Shown here one piece after another: positions 62,846-64,000 of a stretch of 64,000 nucleotides of DNA; positions within the stretch are counted from its first letter, which is position 1, and every line of letters starts with the position of its first letter. A program made the translations under genes and the position numbers. The notes under the pieces were generated by a model, which saw only the letters and a list, made by a program, of their open reading frames with translations, was not told the DNA's origin and searched no databases. This DNA comes from Octopus sinensis (lineage: Eukaryota), in assembly GCF_006345805.1 (NCBI RefSeq), contig NC_042998.1, positions 168,826,001 through 168,890,000 of the forward strand, given 5' to 3'.

Positions 62846-64000
62846 AGTTCCTATAATACTCCCAAAACTTATGAAATGTACCTCGTATTTATATTTCATT
62901 TATATACCTGATTAGCATGTAGATTTTTCTCGTATATTTAATCATCGTGTTGAATATTATAAACAAGCAAGCTGAGGAAGAGCACAAAGAACTGAGTTAG
63001 CGGCACTTATGCCTCTGATATTTCATTGTTTCTTAATATAACACTTTTTTCTACATTGCTTTGGTTCACTTAACTAAGAGGGAATAAATAAGCACAGCAA
63101 TCTCAGATTGTTCATCCTCCGATCGTAGTTCGCCAATAGTCTCGCTTGGCTTTGCAAATAGATCTAAACCACGGTTCCAATTAAGGTTTCCCTTGAATGG
63201 TGGTTTCTGAGCTCAAATTTTACTAGGTTCAAATTTATTGTTCATTCTTCCGAGTTTGTTAAAATAAAATACCAGTCAAGTTTTAGGTTGATGCAATTAA
63301 TTTAAGCTACCTTAAAATTTGAGATCGTGTGCCTATATTAGAAAAAATATTGATTTGTTACGTAAACTGAAGGCCTCAAATTTGGGGAACAGGAATGTAA
63401 GATTAATTTAATGGTACTTTCTTTTATCGATATCAGAAGGATAAAATGTAAAGTAGCTCCCAGTCGGAATTGTCCTCAGAACGTGTTATGAAATTAATAT
63501 TCGTCTGATTTTAATGTAGTCAATGGACGGATTCGGCAGGCTTTAATTTAGTCATGGGCAAACTTCGGCCCACGGGACTTTCTGATAATGTGCCTAATCT
63601 CACAAGGTAAATAACATTTATTTGAATACTATGAAGTGTTTCAGTAGTGCGACCTGCCTCATAATGAGCCATATCTCTTGGATCTCGCAAAAAAGGTGCC
63701 CATGTTTGCTTTATTTAATTCTCTTTACGTTCTGATTTCAGATTTCACCATATGAACCACAACTTTGTCTTTCATCTTTCGATGGTTGATAAAACAGGTA
63801 CTAATTATGAAGGGAGATCGAACTTAATTGGCTATATTTTTTCTTCCTCGTTGGGGGTTGTATGAGAAACTCAATATTAATACGGGTTTCAGAGTTAAGT
63901 ATTCCAGTACAAAATTTCATTTTATTCCTTCCTCCAGAAAAAAATGGCTTTTCTGATTTTGTGTTAACAGTTTCCATAGCCTTAAGTTTCGAGAGCCACC

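Overview
64 kb of AT-rich, microsatellite-saturated eukaryotic DNA. It is most likely from a coleoid cephalopod such as Octopus; this is inferred from the SINE families and repeat landscape, not from a search. No intact host gene is recognisable, and almost all long ORFs in the track are microsatellite artefacts. Identifiable content is mobile-element debris. (1) At least six tRNA-headed SINE types, labelled A-F here, plus an old dispersed repeat G. (2) An L1/Tx1 RT fragment abutting a Gypsy element with LTR, SCAN-like gag, CCHC knuckle, protease and integrase in Gmr1-like order. (3) Two RTE 3' ends, one with an inverted upstream RT segment. (4) Mariner and pogo-like elements and MITEs. (5) A Penelope-like GIY-YIG fragment. 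The most notable observations are: a complete minimal hammerhead ribozyme (U3-A8 core variant, palindromic stem III) at 62487-62526; a 247-bp near-perfect palindrome of the GIY-YIG coding region fused to a SINE head; a fixed 184-bp SINE module with the same junction at three separate loci; and arrays of the form target-SINE-target-SINE-target, suggesting repeated insertion at a re-created site. A few candidate host exons or promoters are weakly supported. SINE boundaries are approximate to about 10 bp unless a TSD is given.
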